From Acaryochloridaceae cyanobacterium VAR_48_metabat_390 (GTDB lineage: Bacteria > Cyanobacteriota > Cyanobacteriia > Thermosynechococcales > Thermosynechococcaceae), in NCBI GenBank assembly GCA_031422435.1, contig JANPLU010000112.1, positions 52,481-116,480 on the forward strand: a stretch of DNA of 64,000 nt. The letters run 5' to 3'. A program made the translations under genes and the position numbers. Positions within the stretch are counted from its first letter, which is position 1. The number at the start of each line of letters is the position of its first letter. Under the pieces are notes generated by a model. That model ran no database searches. It was not told the DNA's origin and saw nothing but the letters and a program-made list of their open reading frames with translations. Below are positions 32,409 to 41,554 of the stretch, piece after piece.

Positions 32409-35213
32409 ATGTCTGTTTTCATGAAACTACGTCCTTATTTGCTTCTCGGATTGCTCTTAAGTTTTTTGTTTGGGAACCTGACGCTGTGGAGCGGCAACAG
32501 CATTAGCGCAGAACTAGGCGATCGAGCAATCGCCGCATCCTCACCAATCGCTAAGCTCTCGATGACGGATGGGGTCAAGAAAACGGTCTTGAGCAATGGC
32601 CTGACGGTACTCACAAAAGAGGTGCATACGGCGCCTGTGGTAAGTGTACAGGTTTGGTATCGCGTGGGTTCGCGTAACGAAGTGCCAGGAATTAACGGTA
32701 TTTCTCACCAGTTAGAACATCTGATGTTTAAGGGCACCCAAGCACGCCCCATCCAGTTTGGTCGGTTATTCAGCGCGTTGGGCAGCGAATCAAATGCCTT
32801 TACCAGCTACGACGAGACGGCCTACTACGGCACCGTAGAGCGCAGCAAGCTAGGGGCGTTGATGACTCTAGAAGCAGACCGAATGCAAAATACCGTCATC
32901 GGCTTAGAGCAGCTTAAGAGCGAAAAGCGCGTGGTGATTTCAGAACTGCAAGGCTACGAAAACAGCCCTAGCTACCGTCTGGGTCGAGCCGTCATGAAAG
33001 CCGCCTTCCCGAATAGTCCTTACGGAGCGGCAGTGGGCGGTAGCAAGGCAGATGTTGAAAAATTCACCCTTGAGCAGGTTCAAAACCACTATAAGGCCTA
33101 CTATCGTCCTGAAAATGCAACCCTTGTGGTGACAGGCGATTTTAAGACTGCCGATGCGCTCAAGATTGCAGCCCAGACCTTTGGCAAACTTTCTAAAGGC
33201 GCTAAGCCATTAGTTTCGGCAAGCGTAAACTCTGCTGCGAGTGCATCTCAGCCTGCGTCTAAGGAGCCGATTGTTCTGAGGCAGCCTGGGAGTAACGCAC
33301 TCTTGAACGCGGTCTATCCACTGCCGAACGTGAATCATCCTGATGTTCCGGCGATCGATCTGATGGATGCAGTCTTAACAGGAGGCCGTAGCGCTAGACT
33401 CTATCAAGATCTCGTGGAAACAGGCTTGTCTAGCTCTGTTGGAGCCTATGCCGCTCAGATGATTGATTTAGGCTGGTACAACATTTCAGCCGTCGCCGCC
33501 GCTGGGCAACCCCTTTCGCGGGTCGAGACGGTGCTTCAGCAGTCTTTGGCTGAAATTCGTCAAAAGCCTGTCACCGCTGAGGAGCTGGAGCGGGCTAAAT
33601 CACAGTTTAGGGCAAGCCTCATTTTAGGCAATCAGGATATTTCGAGTCAGGCGACTCAGTTGGGCTACAACCAAACCGTGGCAGGGGACTACCGCTACAT
33701 CGATCGCTACCTAGCCGCAATGGAGCGCGTCACCCCAGACGATATTCTGCGCGTGGCTCAGACCTACCTCAAACCAGAGCAGCAGACCGTTGGCTTTTTT
33801 GAACCCACCCTCCCAGATGGCAAGGCTGGAACCTCTAGCCCAAGCACTGGCGGGCGCATAGCAGAAAACTTTAGCGCGGGAGCACCTGTAGACCCTGCGG
33901 AGGTTGCCAAGTATCTACCCCCCGCCCAAGATGCAGACTCTGCTGCCGATATTCTCCCGCAGGATTTGAAGTTATCGAATGGGCTACGGGTTCTGCTGCT
34001 GCCCGATCACAGTGCCCCAACGGTAAACCTCAGCGGCAATATTAGGGCTGGCACCATTTTTGACACACCTGCTAAAGCAGGGCTGGCTGGCTTAACGGCG
34101 AGTAATTTAATGAATGGCACTGAGGCCAAGAGCGCCCTAGCCTTGGCAAAGCGTCTCGAAGATCGGGGTGCAAGCTTGGGCTTTGGTGCGAGTCGAGAGG
34201 GGGTGGGCATTGGGGGCAGTGCGCTGGTGCAAGACCTCCCCATTTTGGTAGAAACCCTAGCGGATGTGCTGCTGCATCCGACCTTCCCCGAGAAGCAGCT
34301 TGAGCTGAGTCGTCAACGGTCGTTGGTGGGGCTGAAGGCTGCGCTAGACGATCCGGGGCAGTTGGGTCGGCGTACATTTCAGCAGGCGATTTATCCTGAA
34401 AATCATCCGTTTCATACTTTTCCGACCGCAGATAGCCTTAGGCGTATTACTCGCGAAGACTTGGCGCTTTTCCATCAGCGCTACTATCGACCCGATACAA
34501 CGGTGCTTTCTTTGGTGGGGGATTTTGATCCGGCTCAGGTGAAGTCGCTGTTAGAGTCTGCCTTAGGTGAATGGCGCACGGCAGGTCAGCCTCCGGTGAT
34601 GAATTTCCCCGCTGTAGCGCTGCCTAAGATGACGACTTACGTGAATAAGTCAATTCCTGGCAAAGCTGAAGCTGTAACCTACTTAGGCTACAGTGGCCTT
34701 TCTCGTAAAGACCCACGCTACTATGCGGCGCTGGTGCTCAATCAAGTGCTGGGGGGAGACACGCTTTCTAGTCGTCTGGGAACTGAGATCCGCGATCGCC
34801 AAGGTCTCACCTACGGCATCTCCAGCGGCTTTTCTGCGGGTCAAAACCCTGGACCATTTTTAATTTCGATGCAAACTGCGCCTAAGGATGTTCAGAAGGC
34901 AATTGACAGCACCATTGTTTTGCTTCAGCAGCTTCGGACGCAGGGCATTACTACAACGGAACTGGAGAATGCAAAGCGCTCTATTAAAAATAGCTATCCG
35001 GTAGAGTTGGCAAATCCTAGCAGCGTCGCTGATGCTATTTTGGGCAATACGGTTGTGGGGTTAGGGTTAGGAGAGTTAAGTCAGTTCCCCAATAAAATTG
35101 GGGCAGTGACGGCGCAGCAAGTTCAGCAGGTCATTCAAGACTTCATTCAACCCGATAAGCTGGTGATTGTAACGGTGGGGCCAGGAACAGAGGCGCTTAA
35201 AAAAGGGGCATAG
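32409..35213 (+). CDS. M16 (pitrilysin) family zinc peptidase
   Basis: HQLEH (HxxEH) motif, NAFTSYD and IRDRQGLTY; duplicated M16 halves. Confidence 0.93.
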   Translation: MSVFMKLRPYLLLGLLLSFLFGNLTLWSGNSISAELGDRAIAASSPIAKLSMTDGVKKTVLSNGLTVLTKEVHTAPVVSVQVWYRVGSRNEVPGINGISHQLEHLMFKGTQARPIQFGRLFSALGSESNAFTSYDETAYYGTVERSKLGALMTLEADRMQNTVIGLEQLKSEKRVVISELQGYENSPSYRLGRAVMKAAFPNSPYGAAVGGSKADVEKFTLEQVQNHYKAYYRPENATLVVTGDFKTADALKIAAQTFGKLSKGAKPLVSASVNSAASASQPASKEPIVLRQPGSNALLNAVYPLPNVNHPDVPAIDLMDAVLTGGRSARLYQDLVETGLSSSVGAYAAQMIDLGWYNISAVAAAGQPLSRVETVLQQSLAEIRQKPVTAEELERAKSQFRASLILGNQDISSQATQLGYNQTVAGDYRYIDRYLAAMERVTPDDILRVAQTYLKPEQQTVGFFEPTLPDGKAGTSSPSTGGRIAENFSAGAPVDPAEVAKYLPPAQDADSAADILPQDLKLSNGLRVLLLPDHSAPTVNLSGNIRAGTIFDTPAKAGLAGLTASNLMNGTEAKSALALAKRLEDRGASLGFGASREGVGIGGSALVQDLPILVETLADVLLHPTFPEKQLELSRQRSLVGLKAALDDPGQLGRRTFQQAIYPENHPFHTFPTADSLRRITREDLALFHQRYYRPDTTVLSLVGDFDPAQVKSLLESALGEWRTAGQPPVMNFPAVALPKMTTYVNKSIPGKAEAVTYLGYSGLSRKDPRYYAALVLNQVLGGDTLSSRLGTEIRDRQGLTYGISSGFSAGQNPGPFLISMQTAPKDVQKAIDSTIVLLQQLRTQGITTTELENAKRSIKNSYPVELANPSSVADAILGNTVVGLGLGELSQFPNKIGAVTAQQVQQVIQDFIQPDKLVIVTVGPGTEALKKGA

Positions 35214-35222
35214 CCGAGTCGT

Positions 35223-35247
35223 CAAGGGCTGAGGGAGTCAGCCCTTG
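35223..35247 (+). terminator. Hairpin after the M16 peptidase gene
   Basis: Perfect 10-bp stem CAAGGGCTGA/TCAGCCCTTG; no clear U tract. Confidence 0.4.
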
Positions 35248-35392
35248 CCATACCAGTTGTTGCTGAGATTGGATCACTTCCAATGGGAAAAGTCAGGCTC
35301 TTAAATGAGGTCACTTCAGACCGCCTTAGAGAGTGGCTTGTCTACTAGGGCGCAGCCTTCAAGCATAATGGTATAGACCTTTTGAAAGGCTT

Positions 35393-36667
35393 ATGCACCC
35401 TAATCTTTGGTATCCCTACACCCAATCCAAAACGGCTCCCGAGCCCCTAAAGGTGAAATCTGCCCAAGGCGTATGGCTAGAGCTTGAGACTGGCGAGCAT
35501 ATCTTAGACTGTATTTCAAGCTGGTGGGTGAATCTACACGGTCATGCCCATCCTAAAATTGCTGAAGCCATCTATCACCAGGCTAAGCAGCTAGAACAAG
35601 TCATCTTTGCTGGGTTTACCCACGATCCGGCCGAACAACTGGCCGAGCGGCTCACGGCGCGCTTGCCTAAATCTCTCACCCGCGTGTTTTATTCAGACAA
35701 TGGGTCAACGGCGATCGAGGTGGCGCTTAAAATGGCGTACCAGTATTGGTCAAATCAAGGTAAGCCCCGCACGACCTTTTTGGCCTTTGAGGGGGCTTAC
35801 CACGGGGATACCTTTGGTGCGATGGCAGTTGGTGCGCGATCGCTCTTTACCGATGCCTTTACCCCACTTTTATTTGATGTAGCGTTTGTGCCCTACCCTG
35901 CCACCCATTTACAGGATGACAGCGCAGACCAAACCGAACAGGCCATTCTTCAGCAAATTCAGCAGGCCCTAACCCAGCAGCCACAGCGTTATGCAGGCAT
36001 CATTATTGAGCCGTTAGTGCAGGGAGTTGCAGGGATGCAAATGTGTCGACCATCGTTTTTGCAGCAGCTCCAGAAAATCGCCCAAGCCCACAGTACCCTT
36101 CTGATTTTTGATGAGGTGATGACCGGATTTGGTCGTACCGGAGACTGGTTTGCCTGCACTAAAGCTCAGGTGAACCCCGATATTATTTGCCTCTCCAAAG
36201 GTATTACAGGGGGCTTTTTGCCTTTTTCGGCAACCATTAGCACAGAGACAATCTATGATGCCTTCTACAGTGATGATCCGCAGAAGACGCTCTATCACGG
36301 TCATAGCTATGCCGCAAACCCGTTAGGCTGTGCAGCGGCGTTAGCGTCTCTAGAGCTGATGATTGACAATGAACCAGCCTTTCAGCAGATGGAGACTCAC
36401 CATAAGAAACACCTAACAAAACTCGCCGACCATCCTCGACTTAAGAATCTGCGCGTGACAGGGACGATCGCCGCCATGGACTTGATCACCGAAAATCCTG
36501 GCTATCTCAACCAGCTTTCGCTGGAGATTCGCAAACGGGCGATCGCCCAGCGACTACTTCTGCGACCCTTGGGTAATGTACTCTACATAATGCCGCCCTA
36601 CTGCATCACCGAAGATGAGCTTGCATTTATCTATCAGGGCATCGCAACAATTTTGGATGCTCTTTAA
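35393..36667 (+). CDS. bioA: Adenosylmethionine-8-amino-7-oxononanoate aminotransferase
   Basis: LWYPYTQ, SSWWVNLHGH, YHGDTFG, FDEVMTGFGRTG and HGHSYAANP motifs. Confidence 0.95.
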   Translation: MHPNLWYPYTQSKTAPEPLKVKSAQGVWLELETGEHILDCISSWWVNLHGHAHPKIAEAIYHQAKQLEQVIFAGFTHDPAEQLAERLTARLPKSLTRVFYSDNGSTAIEVALKMAYQYWSNQGKPRTTFLAFEGAYHGDTFGAMAVGARSLFTDAFTPLLFDVAFVPYPATHLQDDSADQTEQAILQQIQQALTQQPQRYAGIIIEPLVQGVAGMQMCRPSFLQQLQKIAQAHSTLLIFDEVMTGFGRTGDWFACTKAQVNPDIICLSKGITGGFLPFSATISTETIYDAFYSDDPQKTLYHGHSYAANPLGCAAALASLELMIDNEPAFQQMETHHKKHLTKLADHPRLKNLRVTGTIAAMDLITENPGYLNQLSLEIRKRAIAQRLLLRPLGNVLYIMPPYCITEDELAFIYQGIATILDAL

Positions 36668-36717
36668 GTGCCAGCCCACTCACCGCCATTTCAGATTTCC
36701 CACACGAATAGTCGCTA

Positions 36718-36824
36718 GGCAAAAGCGATTGTCAGCCTAAGCCCAACGCATGTGAGCGCTTTCTTCCAATTCAGCCAACCCAAATTAGTTTGCGATTAAA
36801 TTGACGTTAGGCCACCCAATCTAC
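36718..36824 (+). repeat. About 105-bp direct repeat, copy 1 (REP-like end)
   Basis: GGCAAAAGCGAT..CTAAGCCCAACGCATGTGA..CCAAATTAGTTTG is shared with 37513..37619. Confidence 0.8.
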
Positions 36825-36864
36825 TGCGCTCCACCTAACAGATAAGGAGTCCTCGCTGCCAAAA

Positions 36865-37164
36865 TCATGTGCGACGAGTTTGCTGAGCCACATACTTCAA
36901 TAGCACGTCATCCATTCGAGATTGCCAACCATCGCCAGTTGATTTGAAATACTCAACGACCTCGCGGCTGTAGCGTACGGAGATCAATTGTTTTGTTTTC
37001 TCTGATTTTGGACGACCGCGAAGTGCCTTTAGAGGAACCATTGCCTTAAGTTGAGTTGGTGTAAGCGGCTGTGCGTCAGGATCGCTCTTAGCCGCAGCCG
37101 TGATGACCTTGTCTTCTGCTACCGACGGCATAACAATTGAAATTCGCTTAGAGACTTTCGACAT
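36865..37164 (-). CDS. brnA: BrnA antitoxin family protein
   Basis: RGRPKSE...ISVRYSREVVEYFKSTGDGWQSRMD motif. Confidence 0.9.
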   Translation of the reverse strand: MSKVSKRISIVMPSVAEDKVITAAAKSDPDAQPLTPTQLKAMVPLKALRGRPKSEKTKQLISVRYSREVVEYFKSTGDGWQSRMDDVLLKYVAQQTRRT

Positions 37165-37292
37165 AGTGCTTTACCTCACGACGATTAGCGCGGCGCAAAC
37201 TGATGATTTTCGAGTTCCGCTGCCAAGGCAAGAGACACGCCGTGCTTTGCCTGATTACTGGCATCTTTAACGGGATCAAATTCAATCTGCAT
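37148..37292 (-). pseudogene. brnT: BrnT toxin with internal deletion and frameshift
   Basis: MQIEFDPVKDASNQAKHGVSLALAAELE is joined out of frame to IISLRRANRREVKHYVESL. Confidence 0.85.
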
Positions 37293-37328
37293 AATTTATC
37301 GTAGCTACAATAAATTATGCGTGTCAAC
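37289..37328 (-). promoter_or_regulatory. brnTA promoter with palindromic operator
   Basis: TTGACA-N18-TACGAT overlapped by the near-perfect 32-bp palindrome GCATAATTTATCGTAGCTACAATAAATTATGC. Confidence 0.65.
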
Positions 37329-37354
37329 CAAGATGCGCAACTGATTTTTGCAAA

Positions 37355-37441
37355 GTCTAATGTCCCCGCTCACCGGACGCAGACACCCCATACAACTCAA
37401 CTGACCATATTGGTATGTCCGGTTCAGCGCAATTGTTGGTC
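37355..37441 (-). other. Degenerate attC-like (integron cassette) recombination site
   Basis: GACCAAC-5nt-CGCTGAAC-CGGAC...GTCCG-GTGAGCG-5nt-ATTAGAC geometry. Confidence 0.65.
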
Positions 37442-37512
37442 TTTTTTGTTGGAAATGCTTGAGAAATGTCTGCGCATACCTAATATTATTGAGTATCGTT
37501 TTCACGATAATG

Positions 37513-37619
37513 GGCAAAAGCGATCACCACCCTAAGCCCAACGCATGTGATCGCTTTCATTCAATTTAGCCAGCCCAAATTAGTTTGTGATTGGGTTTCT
37601 TGTCGTCCACCTAACCTAG
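37513..37619 (+). repeat. About 105-bp direct repeat, copy 2 (REP-like end)
   Basis: Matches 36718..36824. Confidence 0.8.
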
Positions 37620-38031
37620 CTCATCTACAGCAGTGCGGAGCTTGGATACCTGTACTTACTATAGTTTTCTTGGGCTGGGAGCGCGTTTCAAAACCTTTAG
37701 ACATCTAGACCGACCCAAGAGATAAACTATGTTGCCCTCTCTAGCACCTTGGTGACCTGATTTTCTTGCACTTACCCTGGAGATGCTCCCAATAAGCTGA
37801 ACTTATGCAGGGTACACAAAATCGACTTGAACTCATACAGGCAAATCATTTCATGTGATTAAGAATAGTTCAGTTTTTCAACCTTCACTTACTTATCTCA
37901 TTTAGAAAAGACCCAAGAACCTACTAAAGATTATAGGTGAAGTGTTGTATTTTGCTGAGCTGTTCTGATACTATTAGCCTGTCAAAAACGATGCTTTGAC
38001 TCAAGATTTTAATTCATTAAGGTAAAGTAAT

Positions 38032-39272
38032 ATGAAGTCAGTTTATAGATTAGGGTTGGCTGCATTTTTCTCTGTAACAACTCTAGCTATCGCCGCAAAC
38101 TCGTCTTTCTCTATTCTTTCTAGAAAAAATAATAAGCGACCCTTACCCCCCCCTCAAGAGTTATTCATAAGCCGATTGCAACTAAGTTAGCCGACCCCGG
38201 AGCCATTAGAATTTTATTGAATTTTGATGACCTCGGCAATGGCAGAAACCCCTATGGCGGAGTAATAAAGGGCAGTGATGGAAACCTTTACGGTACAGCG
38301 ACTTATGGTGCCAACAATAACTATGGCACCGTATACAAAATGTCGACAACTGGAGTAATCTCCAAATTAATCAAGTTAACTTCCACGCAAGGCACCAACC
38401 CTTTTTACACACTGTTGCAAGGTTCAGACGGTAATTTCTACGGTCCAAACGATGCTGGTGGGACTACGAGCAATCTGGGCACGCTGCTAAAGCTGTCTCC
38501 GGCAGGTGCCCTTACAAAGCTGTTTACTTTTACCAATTCTACTAATGCAGGACGTAGCCCAACTGGTGCTCTGATCCAAGCTTCGGATACAAACTTTTAT
38601 GGCACAGCCTATTCTGGTGGAGTTAGTGGCTGCGGCACAGTATTTAAAGTAGCTCCTACTGGTGCATTCACTCGGTTGTTGAGCTTTGATTGCTCAAACG
38701 GAGCCAATCCGAATGCTGGAGTAATTCAGGGTAGCGATGGAAACTTCTATGGCACGACCCAAAATGGGGGAACCAATGGATATGGCACCATATTTCGAGT
38801 AACTTCAGCGGGAGTGCTAACCACGCTGTTTAACTTTAATAATATAAACGGGGCATATCCTACCGGTGGACTGGTACAAGGAAGTGATGGAAATTTCTAT
38901 GGCACAACTTCTCAGGGTGGAAGCATTCTTAATGCAGGTACTATCTTTAGAATGACACCCACAGGCACCTTTACAAGCCTTATTAAATTTAACAATACCA
39001 ATGGACGAGAACCTAATGGAACCTTGTTAAAGCTGAGCGATGGTAGCTTTTATGGCACGACTAGATTTGGTGGTCTTAGCGACTATGGTACGGTCTTTAA
39101 GTACACCCCTGGTGCTGTACCTCCTTTAACCAAAACTCTCAATTTTGGAAATACCCGTGCGGTTAATCCTTATGCTGGCTTAACGCTAAGCAGCGATGGT
39201 AAGTTCTACGGCACAACGGTCAATGGTGGGGTCAATGGTTATGGTACGGTTTATGAGTTGCTACTGCCGTAG
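38032..39272 (+). CDS. Secreted GloVer (Gloeo_Verruco) tandem-repeat protein, frameshifted after the signal peptide
   Basis: Seven xSDGxFYGT-type repeats. The signal-peptide ORF 38032..38190 is out of frame across a C8 tract. Confidence 0.8.
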
Positions 39273-39364
39273 GTAGAGAACATGTATTAACTTAAGGCGA
39301 GATAGCTTATCTGGCAAGGGTTTGAGCCATACGACCTAGACAGCTGAGGTTACACTATTTCAAC

Positions 39365-39426
39365 GCACAATGTTCGCTAGAGATACAGTGTCCCGCTTCA
39401 CACCGCATCCCTAGCGAACTTTGTGC
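39365..39426 (-). other. Long imperfect inverted repeat / RNA hairpin
   Basis: 27-bp arms GCACAATGTTCGCTAGAGATACAGTGT / ACACCGCATCCCTAGCGAACTTTGTGC. Confidence 0.6.
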
Positions 39427-39612
39427 TCAGGGTAATATTTAAAGCGAGATCGTGCTGAAATAGTGAAGGTTAGCAAGACCTTATAGAAAACTGTTCATTT
39501 CACCTATTTTTCAAAACTCATCTGCACCTCTCATCTACCGAACCATCTGTGGTTATGGGCCAAGCATCAAATCACGGAACTCACTAAAGACTCAAATCTC
39601 CCCTAATCTTGT

Positions 39613-39800
39613 TTGCCCTTACACATCCAGCAGGCTGGCAAAGAATTAGTCATTCGCTTAGTCATCGAACAACTAGGAGAGCGCTACCTGCTCACAGTCC
39701 GCAGGCACCTAGAAAGCATTTATTGCAAACTTGGGGTGCATAGCCGCACAGAGGTGATCGCCCAAGCATTAGCAAAATTAGGAATCCTCAATTCGTCACC
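39613..39800 (+). pseudogene. LuxR-type HTH regulator remnant
   Basis: TVRRHLESIYCKLGVHSRTE is the C-terminal half of a LuxR HTH; the first half is absent. Confidence 0.7.
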
Positions 39801-39825
39801 CCTGATCGGATGGTTCAATATCAGC

Positions 39826-40203
39826 TTAAGCAGACGCCGTACTCAGAAGAGAAACCGCATATTGATTCAAACTAATCCCTTCTTGCTCAGCCTGTTGTGC
39901 CAAACGACGGTGTAACGACTTCGGCACCCTCAGCACAAACTTTCCACTGTAATCTTGTTCTGTCGCAGGCAATGGAATCTCCCGCTTACCACTTTCATAG
40001 ACCGCCTCAATCCATAACTCACGGGCTTCGTTGATATTTTCCATCAACTCTTCTATCGTTTCGGCCTGAGTTATACATCCGGGCAGATCTTTGATCTCGG
40101 CTACAAATCCACCCTCTACATCTGGATAAACAGTCACAGGATAATCCAGATTTAGATAGTAGTCTAAAGGTTGAGACTGAACCTTAATTGTAGTCTTACT
40201 CAC
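39826..40203 (-). CDS. hicB: HicB family antitoxin
   Basis: DLPGCITQAET and YSGKFVLRVPKSLH...EGISLNQY motifs. Confidence 0.92.
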   Translation of the reverse strand: MSKTTIKVQSQPLDYYLNLDYPVTVYPDVEGGFVAEIKDLPGCITQAETIEELMENINEARELWIEAVYESGKREIPLPATEQDYSGKFVLRVPKSLHRRLAQQAEQEGISLNQYAVSLLSTASA

Positions 40204-40453
40204 CTTGCCAGTCCTCCAGTTTTAATAATTCAGCAATGCGCTGAACGTAAAATCGCTTTACCTTTTTTACCTTTTGCCCACCTTTCTTCGGAATTATAAT
40301 CACCTCGCCAACTTCATTCTCAAAAATATGGTGACTTCCCCGCGATCTCTTTTCCTGAAAGCCAAATGCCTCCAAAACATAGCGGACATCCTCAAACCGT
40401 ACTTCTGGTGGGCTAGCAAGAAAATTTAGAATTAGCTTTGTCAACTTACTCAT
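40196..40453 (-). CDS. hicA: HicA family toxin
   Basis: LEAFGF...RGSHHIF motif; overlaps the hicB start. Confidence 0.9.
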   Translation of the reverse strand: MSKLTKLILNFLASPPEVRFEDVRYVLEAFGFQEKRSRGSHHIFENEVGEVIIIPKKGGQKVKKVKRFYVQRIAELLKLEDWQGE

Positions 40454-40472
40454 GATACTATATACGGTACTA

Positions 40473-40499
40473 TAAAGAGTAGATGCCGTCTACTCTTTA
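40473..40499. promoter_or_regulatory. Perfect 11-bp inverted repeat between divergent hicA and bioB
   Basis: TAAAGAGTAGA-N5-TCTACTCTTTA. Confidence 0.5.
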
Positions 40500-40533
40500 G
40501 AAATTTTTAACCTCTACCCAACTGCTTCAACTC

Positions 40534-41493
40534 ATGTCAATGCTTCGATACGACTGGACAACTGCCGAAATTCTTGACCTGCTCAATCTGCCGCTACTGG
40601 ATCTGGTCTATCAAGCACAAACCATTCACCGTCAACATTGGCAGGGCACAGATATTCAGCTTGCAACCCTCTTGAGCGTTAAGACCGGAGGCTGTGCCGA
40701 AAATTGTGGCTACTGCTCTCAATCTGCTCATCACCCCACAGCAGTAAAGCCAGAGCCATTCAAAACCGTTGATGAAGTTCTGACGGCAGCCCAAAAAGCA
40801 AAGGAGCTTGGCTCAGATCGATTTTGCATGGGCTGGGCATGGCGTGAAATTACAGATGGCAAGCAGTTTAACGCCATGTTAGAGATGGTCAAGGGCGTGC
40901 GACAACTGGGTATGGAAGCCTGCGTAACGGCAGGAATGCTAACGCCCCCTCAAGCCGAGCGCTTAGCGGATGCGGGGCTAACGGCGTACAACCACAACCT
41001 TGATACCAGCCCCGAATACTACGGTCGAATTGTGAGTACGCGGAGTTATGGCGATCGCCTCCAAACCCTCACGCACGTCCGCAATGCAGGCATCACCGTC
41101 TGCTGCGGCGGCATCATCGGCATGGGTGAGCAGCTTGAGGATCGCGCCCGAATGCTAGAGATTTTGGCAACACTCAACCCTCATCCTGAAAGCGTGCCGA
41201 TTAATGCGCTGATGCCCATCCCAGGGACGCCGCTGGCAGACCAAAGCAATGTGGAGTCCTTCGACCTAGTACGCATGTGCGCAACGGCTCGGATTGTGAT
41301 GCCTAAAGCGCGCGTTCGCCTGAGTGCAGGACGCAGCCACCTCACGCCAGAAGCGCAGGTGCTGTGTTTTCTAGCTGGAGTGAACTCGATTTTCTATGGG
41401 GAGACGCTGCTGACAGCAGAAAACCCTGAACCAGACTGTGATCGGCAATTATTAGAGACGATTGGTGTTTTGAAAGCAGCCCAGTTTGCCTGA
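40534..41493 (+). CDS. bioB: Biotin synthase
   Basis: CAENCGYC radical-SAM motif, YNHNLDT, PESVPIN and VRLSAGR. Confidence 0.97.
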   Translation: MSMLRYDWTTAEILDLLNLPLLDLVYQAQTIHRQHWQGTDIQLATLLSVKTGGCAENCGYCSQSAHHPTAVKPEPFKTVDEVLTAAQKAKELGSDRFCMGWAWREITDGKQFNAMLEMVKGVRQLGMEACVTAGMLTPPQAERLADAGLTAYNHNLDTSPEYYGRIVSTRSYGDRLQTLTHVRNAGITVCCGGIIGMGEQLEDRARMLEILATLNPHPESVPINALMPIPGTPLADQSNVESFDLVRMCATARIVMPKARVRLSAGRSHLTPEAQVLCFLAGVNSIFYGETLLTAENPEPDCDRQLLETIGVLKAAQFA

Positions 41494-41554
41494 TTTAAGT
41501 TTTGTAATGGTTTAAGAAACCGTGATTTTAGGCTAATTGTGATGAGAGTTTTTC

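Noticed and set aside
37305..37535. Two overlapping ORFs of about 70 aa
   Set aside because: They run through the attC-like site and promoter and show no protein motif.
37661..37730. Imperfect inverted repeat (ATAGTTTTCTTGGG...CCCAAGAGATAAACTAT) as a MITE
   Set aside because: Single copy in the window with no clear target duplication.
38217..39272. GloVer repeats as a DGR target or DNA-level repeat array
   Set aside because: The repeats are diverged protein-level units; no reverse transcriptase or template/variable repeat pair is visible.
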